Assembly (NCBI GenBank): GCA_964612665.1
Contig: CAZTCI010000001.1
Coordinates: forward strand, 508,896-572,895
Reading direction: 5' to 3'
Length of the DNA: 64,000 nucleotides
Origin: an uncultured Planctomycetales bacterium
GTDB taxonomy: Bacteria; Omnitrophota; Gorgyraeia; Zapsychrales; JAHFFX01
The notes beneath the pieces were generated by a model. The model saw only the letters and a program-made list of their open reading frames with translations. It was not told the origin of the DNA and searched no databases. Positions 15,001-27,000 of the stretch are shown here, one piece after another. The position numbers were made by a program, and so were the translations under genes. Within the stretch, counting starts at the first letter, position 1; every line of letters begins with the position of its first letter.

Positions 15001-18000
15001 AAATTTCGGCCCGCGCAAATTATGCTTTAAAATATTTAAAATCCTTTCGGCTTCTTCTTGCATCTGGACATAAGAAATCTGGTCTTCATAAATCTGACCC
15101 ATGAGTATCTCAATCAGCTTTCGTTGATCTACATTTATTCTTTCCTCTCTCCAAATTCTCTCGAGGATTGAAGATGTTCCCGACAACTGGACAACCGGCA
15201 TCAGAGTCTCATAAAATTGAAACACCCTCTTTATCATTTCTGATATTTTTTCTGTTCTTTGTCCTTCATGCTGAGGCTTGAACCAAATATCGACTTCCGA
15301 CGTCACAATAAAATTCTTCATCTCTTCGTAATTGGTATTGATCTTTTCTCGAAAACTCTCAATCTTTTCTAATATAACGTTAAAGACTTTGTCCCACCCG
15401 ATTTCAGCTTCGGTTTTGTTTTCATCGGCCGATTTTGTGTCTCCCTCTCGATCCCCTGCTATGCCTTCCGAATGATTTTCAGTGACGATTACCACTATCA
15501 CTGCTCCCACCCACAACATAAAAGAAATGACCGAGAGATCTAAGAAGGAATGCTCATTGTTCCGGTTTCTGTTTCTGAAATTTCTCCTCCGGCCTGATGA
15601 ATTAAATCTTTCTGTCAACCGCCGTAGATCCTCTAAGTTTGCACTCATGCTCAAACCGTAGTCATTAAAAATATCTCTCAGCGTTTCGGTGACTTTGGAA
15701 ATTCCAGAAAAATCGACCTCTTGGCTCAATGAAAGCATTTCCAAGTTATATTGCCGCAGCCAGCCCTGAAATTCCGCGGGGGTGATTCCACGGGATTCCA
15801 AAGCCTCCCAAAGCCGGAGTAATACAATTCCCATTTCTTCGATTGTTTCCGATTGCTGCCGTTCTATTAAATATTCTCCGCTTGTCGCGGGTTCTGGCAA
15901 TCTTGCCGGTTTTTTTCTTGTTTTTTCCGGCCGGGGAATTCTATGGCGAGGAAAGGCATTGTAAACAGCGCGCTGTATATTTACGAGTTCAGTCACTCCG
16001 CTGCTGATGGCATTTTCAGCCGCATGCAATGCCTTTGTGAATTTACTCCGGCTGGAATTGAAAGACTCGAGGAGCCATGGAATAACTTGTTGGTTCAAAA
16101 TTTCTTCACCACGGCGTCTGGCTTCTTCGCTTAAATTAACCTGATGGGATAAAGAAATTCTCTTATTCATCCAGCGGTCTGCGACGACTAATCCTAAGAA
16201 TTTATATTCAGGATACTCATAAAGATAAACACTGTAACGCGGCTCGTCTTCATTCAATTCGACTAACCGGTATGACCTGCCTTCGCCCCGAAAATCTTCA
16301 TAAATTCCTTCACCCAAATCTCTCAAAGAAAACCAGACAAACTCTCCATCTCTAATCTTGAAGATATCCTCCAGCCATCTTCTTTCTTTTGTTATCTGAA
16401 CGAAATACTTTCCGGCCTGCAATTCTTTGGGGGTGGAATTTTGGGGATTAGGTTTCCGGCGTGTGACTAATGTAAACCACAGCCATTCACTCTGATCGCC
16501 GCGTGCCGTAACGATTTTGGCTTTCAGGGAAACATAACCTCGAGTTCCCCATGAATACCAAAGATCAGCGAATCCGCCTAAATACGCGTCTCCGACGTAA
16601 ATTTTATCTAAACGGTAAAGACCTGTAGATACTCTTGGGTCAACAGCTTCAATCCCTTGGCCTTTCTTAATAATCATGTCGAAACCCTTGCGGTGAAAAT
16701 CAGCGATGTCTTTTCTCACATGACTACTCCGCGCTTTAAGCAGCTTTTGTTGCTTTCCTTGAATGCCCCAATAGTGAAGAATCGGGGAACGTTGTAATTT
16801 TCCGCCGATATTTTCTTCAAACCATACCGCAACATACTCGGAATAAACTGAAGACCAGCGCAGCCCTAAGTTTCCATAACGCTTTCGGACTGTAAACGTC
16901 GAATATCTTTTTCCAAAGAGCGGAATCTTTCCGTCGGCGGTAGTTTTAACATTCTCAATCTTAAGCAATTCATATCCTTGGGCAGACCATCGCTGCGCCA
17001 GTTCAAGACTAATGACACTGTATTGGCCCAAATTTTTTTCACGTTGTCCTTCGCGTTTCGATCCTTTAACGACCAGAATTAAACGCTGTTGACGATCGAC
17101 CTCATGCAGCACCATTTCCTGCTTCACTCTTCTCCATAATTTTGTCCACAACCGTATCCAATCTCGACGGCGCGGATAAATCCGTCCAATTTCAATATCA
17201 TTAATAACTCTGGCACTAATGTCTGCCAAAAGGCCGGCGTCTTTTTGGGACATTCCTAATGACTCCCGCACGGCTTTTAATCTCTTCCCTGGTTCTTGAT
17301 AGAAGTGATCCAACAATATCTTCCAGTCTCGCACCCCCCATCTTACCCGTGCCCCTTTTTCTAATCCCTTAATTTTGAAAGGAGTGGTATTGGATAAGTC
17401 AGCGATTTTTTGCGGCGAGAGTTCTAATATATTCCTGAATAACTTTAACTCTCGTCGGGCTTCTTCATACATTGTATTCAACAATAATGCCAAATCATCG
17501 GCTTTCCATCTGGCATTCTTTGACTTTAAATCATTAATTCTATTTCTACTGATATGCGCAAGAGCCGCGAGTTCTTCTGGCGACATTCGCAAAGCTTCCC
17601 GCAATATCTTTAATTGCCGACCGGCCTCTTTATGCAGTTTATTCAATATAATATTCCAACGGTCAACACTCTCCCTAACATGACCATTCTCTAAAGCACT
17701 AATGCGTCTGGCCCTAACCTTGCTCAAAGCACCAACATCTTTTGCCGTCATTCTCAAAGACTTTCTTAATACCTTTAATTGCCGATGGGCCTCTTCATGC
17801 AGGTCCTCGAAGTTCCATAATTCCGATCGGGACATGTTGAGTAATTCTCTGGATCTCTCTAACAGTTCAATCGATTTTTTATCATCTTGCCCCTGTCTTT
17901 GGGAAGAAGCCGCCATGCCAAGAATCACTAAGGATAAAACGGAGTATACCATCCATAAATTGCTTATAATTTGAACAACCGTTAAGATAATAATCGTCGT

Positions 18001-21000
18001 CGGTAAAATGATCAAGATTTGGGCAGATGAGGTTTTGTCGCGATAAGTCTTTTCAAATTTTCTAAGTGATTTCTCGGTTTTAGAAAGGACGTCATTATAT
18101 GAAACAACCATGAAGACCGCTGCTGATACAAACATCAACAACGGCAAAACAAAATGCCCAGTTCCCCGGACACTTTCCCATCCGGTAAAGATCGGCACCA
18201 GAAAGGAATTTTCCACCTCAACATCGGAAGTTGAGGTCATTTTGCTCTGATTTTGCAGGATCCGAGCTATCCGGGAAAGATAGAGAACATAAATAACGCT
18301 TGCGAAACCAATAAGCAACGTGAACAATTCTCCATTGAAAGCAATCATTCCGAAACCAAACAACTTTGTACGATCTTCCATGAATGTTTTAAGGAAATCT
18401 CTCATCTTTTCTTGAATTTGAGATCGAAAGATATCCTGAACCCGGCGAGGCATAATATTCATACGGGTGCCCGCTTGTTTCCATGCTTCAAATTTTTCTT
18501 TGGTGAATTCTGCCATGAGCCATTGATCTTCTTCGATGGTCTTCAACATGCCACCTTTTTGGGGGTCAAACATTTCACCCAAAACTCTTGAAAAGTCATT
18601 CACATCAAAAGCGACCATGCGACCCAGCTTTCCATCATGAGAAAATGTCAGACCGTAATTTTCTCGCCAATTATGAAAATCGCGATCAACCAGTCCATAT
18701 GTCCAAATCCGACGCGTCAAATTCGAGAATTCGTTTTGAATGTGCCGAAGCTCCATTTGCAAAGCACTCACCTCATCCCACTGTTTATGTTTCTCAGAAA
18801 TCTTTATACGACGGGCAATGGCATCCAGCACTTCTCCAACGGGATGCACGCGTTCTTGAACAATCACATAAGGGAAACTGGTAAGTTTCTCATCCACGAC
18901 AATCGTCAAGTTATTTAAAATAGTCAACGTCATGGCAAAAAGATGGCCCAAATGTTCTTTAACCAATAGGTATCCAGGCAACACTTCTCTCTCGAAGTCC
19001 ACGTCGGCCTTCGGGACCTTGATAATAAGATTTGGAAACGCATAGGAGTAATATGCTTTCATCAGCCCGCCTTGGTCCAAATAATGAAAGGTATGACCTC
19101 GTAGAATACCTTCAACGGTGGTGATTCGAATGTGGTCAAGGTGTTCCTGTAAAACAGTATCCTCTATTCCCATTCTACGCCCCCATTGCATCAACCTTTC
19201 AGGCCAGCCCTCCATATAATTGTCCAATAGCGCTTCCAGAAGAGCATCTTTTAAATTGTTCCTGATCCGACGTGATATAGGTTGGAGGTGGCGTTGAATT
19301 AGTTTTTGATATAACCATCTGAGTATTAATATTAGAGTAACAGCAGTAACTGCGATCAACACCCCTACACGCCACCCATGCATCAGCTCGCTAGAAATAA
19401 GCTGGGCGTTGGATTTTTCCGTTGTTACATCAACCTGCGGGGCCGAAACAGATGAAAACATTTCATCCACCAGCCGTTTGGCTTCCTTGGCCGCATCCAT
19501 GCTTGAACTCATTTTTCCCGAAAAAATGGAAATCTCTCGCGGACTTAAATGCTGAACCGTCGTCGGCCGCGCCGCATTCTGAACCGAACTCACCAGAAAA
19601 TCTTTGAGGGTAAAGATCGAACCAATATGGATCGGATTGAAATCGTGGAAGAATCGATGAGCTTCTTCTTTGATTTGGTCAAATGCCGTCACCGTTGGAT
19701 TCCAGATGATATCGCGTCCCAGTAAATCTTTATACTCATCGGGAATTTCTGGAAATTTGCCAACGTTGAGATGATGAATCGAGTGCTTCACATGAGCGAT
19801 AAAGTGCGCATTATTGCCTAAAGGATTGATCCCGACAAACGGCCCGTCCATAATCAAAATACTTTTGCCCCGGAATGCCGGAGGAAGAAGGACGACAGGC
19901 AACTCAAAAACTTCGAATTGATAGTTTTGCTGATTGGCCGGTTCCGCAATGAACCGATTAATATCGCTGTAAACGGCGTAGACAACGGCATCATAGTTCT
20001 TTAATTTTTCCGGAGTTGCCTCCTGAATGAGCACCTGCACATTGAATTCCTTAAGTTTATCAACGGAGATCTCCGCCAGCTTGCGGATGTTCATAAAGTC
20101 TTCCCCAACAAGCAGCGATAATCCCACAGAATTTTGTTTTAACACCTCCGGATACTTTGTCTCGTAAGGCAAATTAAAACGATTTAATAAAGTCAAATAC
20201 TGCTCGGGCGTAACCGCGCTTCCTTCCGCGGCGATTGCATAGTATTGTTCCAAACTCAAAACCGCTTCACCGAAGACACTCAAAAAGCTTTCACGAGAAT
20301 TAATGACTTCTTGGACAGTTTCTGGACTGCGCGGGTGATGATAGCCGCGATGCAAGCGGCGATCCCAATTGCCGGACACGCCGCCGAAGAGTTTGTTGCG
20401 TTCATACAAAGTCACATCGTATCGAGAATCTTGAGCAATAAACCATGCGGCCGTGATCCCGAAGATTCCGCCTCCGATGACAGCGACTTTGCGTTTCGAT
20501 GGAGCAACAAACGCAGAACGGGACGCCGAAGGAGGTATCCCGGCATCGGCACTCAAATCGAAATCAAAGTATGGCTCCTCAAGCATGTCATCCAAATCGA
20601 TTCCCTCGAAGACCTCTCCCGAATTATCATTAGATTGAACAACTTTAGGATTCACGGGTTCTTCATCTTTCCAATTCCATCCGCCCGCTGCGATCTTTTC
20701 ATCAAACAACCGATGCGGATAACGCATAATGACCGCGTTGACGCCGGCGAATCCGCCCATGCCGTCGTGAACATCGTAACGGCCGCGGATGATGTATTCG
20801 CGATTCCAACGCACCGCTCCGTTTTTCTCGTGATAGCCTTGCGCCGCGTCGGGACTGTAGGTCAGCAATTCTTCCAGAGCATCGCGCCAGGCTTGCAAAG
20901 CTTGAATGTAAATGACCGCAGTGCCGATCCCGCCGACTTGCTTGCCTCGCACGCGATAATGATCGACCCGCGGATGTTTGGCCACAGCCAAGACCGATGG

Positions 21001-24000
21001 AATCGGCGCTCCGACGGAAAAATTAAATCTGACATTGCCATCGTTGTCCTGGATTCCTTCTCCAGCGAGCGTAAAGCGATTCGTCAGCGTCTGAACGTGT
21101 TCCAAAAATGTGCCTCGAAATTCCTGCGCGTCACCATGCTGAATCAAGTCGATCATCTCCGGCGTTAGTTTTTTCTGAATGCTCCAGATCACCGCGCCGA
21201 TGTAACGTCGAGTCACTGCCGAGCGAATCATTTTCCCATCGGCATCCAACGGGTGTTCGAAGACCTCCGCGACCACATGTCCCGTTGGGTGATTCAGAAT
21301 CATGGAACGAATTTGACGCGGACGGATCTGTTCGTAGGGCTGATTGACCCACGCGTCGTTATGAACCTGATAAAGTTCAAGGACATTCTCCAACGTCGGC
21401 CAGCGATACACAATCGTAATCCCCTGCTCCGGACGCTCCTCGCGCACGAACAGCGCCAGGTCGTCCAGCGGAATCTGCTCTATATTAGGAAAGAAGCGCT
21501 GCAGGGCATGATTCAATGTCGTGGGGATGTCTTGCCTTTGGAGCGCCAGCGGCGACGGAGCGGTGGACTCAAAATTCTTGATGCGGAATTGATAATATTC
21601 ATCTAAGGTGCTAAACCACGTTGAGAGCGGATGGCGATTGTTCTGGCGCCGAGCCGCTTCAAGAAGGCGGGAAGTTGAGCCAGAGAAGAACATCGTCGTC
21701 AAATGGCCGTTCAGATGGAGAGCTCTGGTATGAAGGATGGATACAACAAGGACTAAAATAATAGCCAAATTCAAAATCATCATCCATCCCCTGTCGTCAA
21801 AACCGTGGATGGCGAGGAAGTAGGTATGGGTGTTAGAATCGGCCGGACGAGTTACATAAGAACTCTGTCTAAGGACGGTCGCAATCAAAGCGAAGGCAAC
21901 GACAATGTATATATTAGAGAAGATACCTCGAACCTTTTTCTGATCTCCTCCGAACGCCTGCTCCATCGTTTTAGTCTCGAGACGGCCGGGATTGAATGGC
22001 GTCCGATCTTCCATCACTTTCCTTAGAATTCTCAACCGCCCGCCCAAGGCCAGTTCGCGGGATTGTCTGGCCGTAATGACATCCACATCCTGATCCGTAA
22101 ATCCGCGGGTTTGGAAATTGGAAATAGGATGCGCGTTAAAATTCTTGAGACGGGAATATTGTGCGTCGGTCAACCGGGCCTTGGCTTCATCCACATAACG
22201 GCCGGACGCAATCATTTGATCGGCTAATCCTTGAGGAGCAAAGACCCCGAATCGGGTCGGATGCTCCCAAACAACAATGATCACTCCCATTGGAAGACTC
22301 GCTAAAAATTCTTCTGTCCATCGCCGCGTCGATTCCAAGGGCGAAATGGTTCGATCGAGTTTGCGCGTTAGCCAAATATAAATATATTCATAAGCAAATT
22401 TTAAAAACACAACGTCCGCCGGCTTTATGTCTCGAACAAACGCTCTCATTTCATCTCTCGACATCAAATCACTCATATGATGATGAAGAGGCGCCAACTT
22501 TTCCAATCGCAGAATCGGATGACCGACGATCCCGACCAATTTTTCTTTCAGTCTTTTAAAACCCATCGTGATATCCCACTCACTCAGCCGATTGTCCACA
22601 GTTGTCATGGACGAAACATAATAACCGGCAAATAAATCAATCCCGGAAAGGATGTTGTGGAGTTGCGTATTGTTACGATTGAAGATCCCGATGGCGGAAA
22701 GGAGTTGTAATTGCAGGAAATAAATTCTGACTTTGATCGGAATCACGCTGTGTACGGTGAGCTGATCCTCACCGAGCCGAATCTGCTCTTCAATTTTACT
22801 GAGGATTTTTCGAACCGATTTTAGTGAATGGAGGAATTTAAATTTGAAAATGGAAACGACCATGAGTAACACGATGGCCAAATTCAAAATCATCATCCAT
22901 ACCCCGTCGTCAAAACCGTGAGTGCCGAGAAAATAGGCTTTGGTGTTGGAATTAGGAACCATGCACGGCATGTTCCACCCGATCATCATGTATCGGTTAA
23001 AAACAGCGATATCATGGTTCCCATCAGGTTTGACACCTCCAGTCATGTGTGTTATTCTTCCTTCACCGGAGGGGGACAACCAATGCATAAACGAAAGGAT
23101 AAAAACATGAACGCCATCAACATGACGGACATCGTCCGCAAGTCGATGCAAGAACTTGTTGTCCCTGAGTTGAAAATCTTGCAGGGTGATGTTCAGAGTC
23201 TCTAGAATGACAATCTTGAGATCAAGGCTGATCTTCGGATCCTCAATAACCGTGTCGACAATCTGGAAAAATCTTTGAACAGCCGGATGGATTCTCTCAA
23301 CAGCCGGATGGACTCCCTCGAGAAAAGGCTGGATAACTTGGATAAAAGGGTTGACGGCCTTGAAAGGCAAATTCATAGCATGCGCGAGGATTTTAAGCTC
23401 GCGCTCGATATTCATGAGCGGCTCACTGCGCTTGAAGTCAAAATTTCTCATCATAATTAGGCAGTGGTTTTGTTGACGAATCATCGCCGGGCCGATTTCC
23501 TCAAAGTTATATAAAGGAAATCGGCCCGTTGTTTTTTGGTTGCTGTATACGATTTTATAGAACGCCGTCACTGTCGAATCCCAGATCATATCGCGCCTAA
23601 GTAAGTCTTTATATCCCATCCCACCGGATTGACCATACCAAATGAAATAAACCAATGCCCATAAAACCAAGGCCACATCAATTCCAACCATGTATGATAA
23701 ATATGCCGATTGAACGCTGTTTTTATTTTGATCTGGCTCAAACGCAAACAAGCGCACGGACAGACGCGAATTCATATTCCTTAAAAGTTCATTTTGCTCA
23801 TTTATGATTTTTTCCAAATTCAACCGTCTCGCGATGGCCGCCGCGCCCACCAGTGCGACAATAACTTGGATCTCCCGTTGACCGGGCAGCCAGTTTTCCT
23901 GAAAATGCAGACGATTCATCTTCTTGATCAATTCTTTCTTCAAATTTAATTTTATTGATCGAATTTTGCCGGCCCGGGACGACAGAGGCACGTCAAAACT

Positions 24001-27000
24001 TTTGACTTCCACAAAAACTAATCGGTGGTTAGAGTCGATCAACACAGCGTCGATTTCGAACGACTTGTTTTCTCGATGGGGATCAGCGATTTCTTTATTC
24101 AAACTCACTACTTTGAAATGAAAATCCATCAGCAACTTGTGTACCGCCCGCAACTCATTGAGCGTGCCAAATCGTAACCCTTTTTTGATGCGGTAAAGAG
24201 CTTTCTCGATACCGTCCTCATTTAGGAATCTTTCCACCAACGAGGCCTCATTCACATTCAACGTCGGTTTCACCTCAGACCAAAGTTGTTGAATGTACGT
24301 TCGCCTGTCTTTCTGATGCTGTTTCCAAACCCGCTGATAAAATCCGCCATCAATCCATCCGTGCTCTAACGATAATCCCAGCCATCGCTCTTGTTTTTCC
24401 CACCGAGAAAAGATAAGCGGCTGGAAGAATTCTCGCGCCTGCAAAAAGGCCTGCACATCTTCATTGAGAAGCTCGTCGGAGTTCTTTAAAGGAGAAACAG
24501 CGCGGCTCAATTCATGCCGCAACAATAGCTTGAGCCATAACCGGCCGGTGCCAGGTTGCAATTTATTGAACATCTTCACAATCCTCTCGACCTGCCGGTG
24601 AATCAAAATGACGTGGTGTTGCGGATCATAGTCAGACATCAGGTCGATCAGTTCTCCCGTTGCTAATGGACACAGAATATGGTCTGCCCACAAAACCGTT
24701 GTAACCTTGGCCAAACGACTGTAATCCAAATTAAAGCTCTCAATGTCTTTAACAGCGATATCAAACCTTTCCGGAAAGTAAAACGCCTTCCCGTCGGAAA
24801 ACTTCAATGTAAAATGTTCTCGCCAGTTTCCTTCGGCCAATGAAACTCTCTGCGTATCTTCGTCGGTTGACGATGATAAGGCTTGTTGAATGTCGTTGAA
24901 CAACGCGTCCGTCGCTCGCAGCGACGGGCCTGATGGCGTCTTTAAATAAACCCCTTCACCTTCTTTAATCAACTCCGGCGCAACAGCCTCAGGCCATATC
25001 GCCCAGTGCCGATGAGACATCTGCACAGCCGCCGCAAGAGCGGCAGACATCAAAACAAGACTTACAATGCCAGCCCAATGCCAAACAATCATTACAACCG
25101 CCACAATTAAAATAATCCCCATGAATAAACTTTGATTTTGGTCTTCGTTCTTTTTATCGACGGATGCGCAGGATGCGTTATGACCGTTGCCATCCGCCAA
25201 AACCAATTTGTGCCGGCGCCAAAATTCATCGAGCTTCTCGGGATAGTTCACGACCGTTTTTACATCCAGCAGTGAGAATTCTTTGAATAAACTAAAGGCC
25301 ATATTGACCAATTGCTGTTCCGTGACTGGAAGTGACGGTTTATAAAAACTTAAAACCGCGTGTTTAAGCATCCCTTTTTTGCCGTCGGTCGCAAATCCGG
25401 ATTTTTTCTTCATATCCGTCAGCGCCTTGCGGATCGCCCAAATTAAATCCTGGTTGTTTTCAAAAGCCCTGGCTTCTTCCGTCGATATAAATACAGCCTC
25501 CTGAATAGGAACGATGATTGTTCCATCACCGTTCTCAAAAGGTCCTGTCAGTTTAAACAATTTCCGTTTTTGATCGACCTCATAAACCCTGGCCATCGCA
25601 TAAATATTCGTCATCACATAAATTGCCCATTGCCGGCTAATCAAATCTAAATCTTCCGCTGACAACCATAAATGAATAGGGAAAGACGGCTTATGTTCGT
25701 GGTAGCCCATCGAAATTTTATTGGGATTGCTTCTGCCTAGGATAGCGGCCGCTTGTTTATGGGTGATGCCGGGTAAAAAGGCTTTAATCAAACGGAAGCG
25801 CTCACGCATCCCCATCCATTTATCTAAGACCCTCAACGACGGCTGGCCGCTTGCAGCTCGTCGCTGGTTAATTTCCACCACCCAGTGTGCGATTGTTCGT
25901 TTAGGAATATTTGTCATCTGCGCGAGCTCTTCGGCCCAGGTGATGGTCAATTGTTCAGCCATGGATTCAACTAACTCTTGGCCCTGGGCATGTGTTGTTT
26001 GTGGACGTCTTTGTGATTGCTCAACCCATCGCTCTAAGAAAGCAGTATCCTCGGCGCTTAAGGTAATTTTTAAAATAGACAACAGGTTTTGGACAGCTTG
26101 CGGTTTCGGAATAGTAAAGCCTCTTTCCCATCGGTCGTATCTTGCTTTGCGGATTTCCATTCCGGGCATAGCATTGAGCATAAAGTCAAGCTGACGTCTC
26201 GATATAGTTTCGTCCTGGCGTTCTTTCTCGATGAGTTCGAAGACGCGTTTCAGGAAATCTCTGTATGCCGCATCCCGGGTCCACGGCAAGTTGCCGCGCG
26301 TCAATTCCACAACAGCCATTACCCAAAAGATACCAAGCCCGAGCAGTCTAACGCCCCAACCGCTCCCCAACGTCTCCCATCCAATCACCGCCTTCGCTTC
26401 ATGATCGGATTTTCTTTCATCGGAATCAACCGGCGAAATTGAAAAATGATTGGCGTTTATCGATGGGCCATTTTCAAAATCCAAATACTGAATAAACTGT
26501 TCAAATCGCTTCCAGAAAACAATGGTGACATCTATATTCTTCGTCGGATGATTGGCTTTGATAGTCCAGAATCCGAAGGCCGTGGTCCATTTCAATGACT
26601 CGATAATTTTAAAATCGCGGGACAAAACATGCTGCAAATGGTAGGCATCTTCCATAGAAAAATGCGCCATTTTTCCAAACTGATAAATGGGCCCTTCAAA
26701 CGGCAGATGGAATTCCCAATGTCCTTCGGAACTTTTCGGCAAATTCGCAAAAAGATCCGCCATTTGCGCACTCAAACATAAGCTATTATTACCGCCCACC
26801 ACAATAACATGGTGCGCGTAAGGCCATAGCTCGTCGGTTAAGTACTCTGATTTATAACCCGCATGACTTAAATAACTATCATCTCCGTTCAGATTCTCAC
26901 TGACATTTTCAAAAACGGCAGTGATCCTGGGATTCTCTAAAAGCTTATTGATAGACGAAGCGGCTGTCTTCAAAGGATCAAACTCTTCGTTAGTATGAAC

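Noticed and set aside
17521-17580. An apparent in-frame stop cluster and compensating +1/-1 frameshifts in the giant frame around 17.55 kb.
   Set aside because: This was an artefact of a one-base misreading on my part of the line starting at 17521. With the line read correctly (tgactttaaa...), all frame-1 triplets are free of TTA/CTA/TCA and the repeat units keep their 48-aa register. I keep it here as a caution: all my domain coordinates come from manual translation and should be recomputed.
20245-21168. The longest ORF in the supplied track (307 aa, plus strand), and other 100-180-aa plus-strand ORFs (902-1453, 12224-12574, 49564-49950, 50287-50718, 50996-51487).
   Set aside because: Their translations are low-complexity and un-protein-like. 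They lie exactly antisense to segments of the minus frame that translate into recognisable domains (for example the FAD-binding GxGxxG region at 20.4-20.5 kb). They are shadow ORFs of the giant gene.
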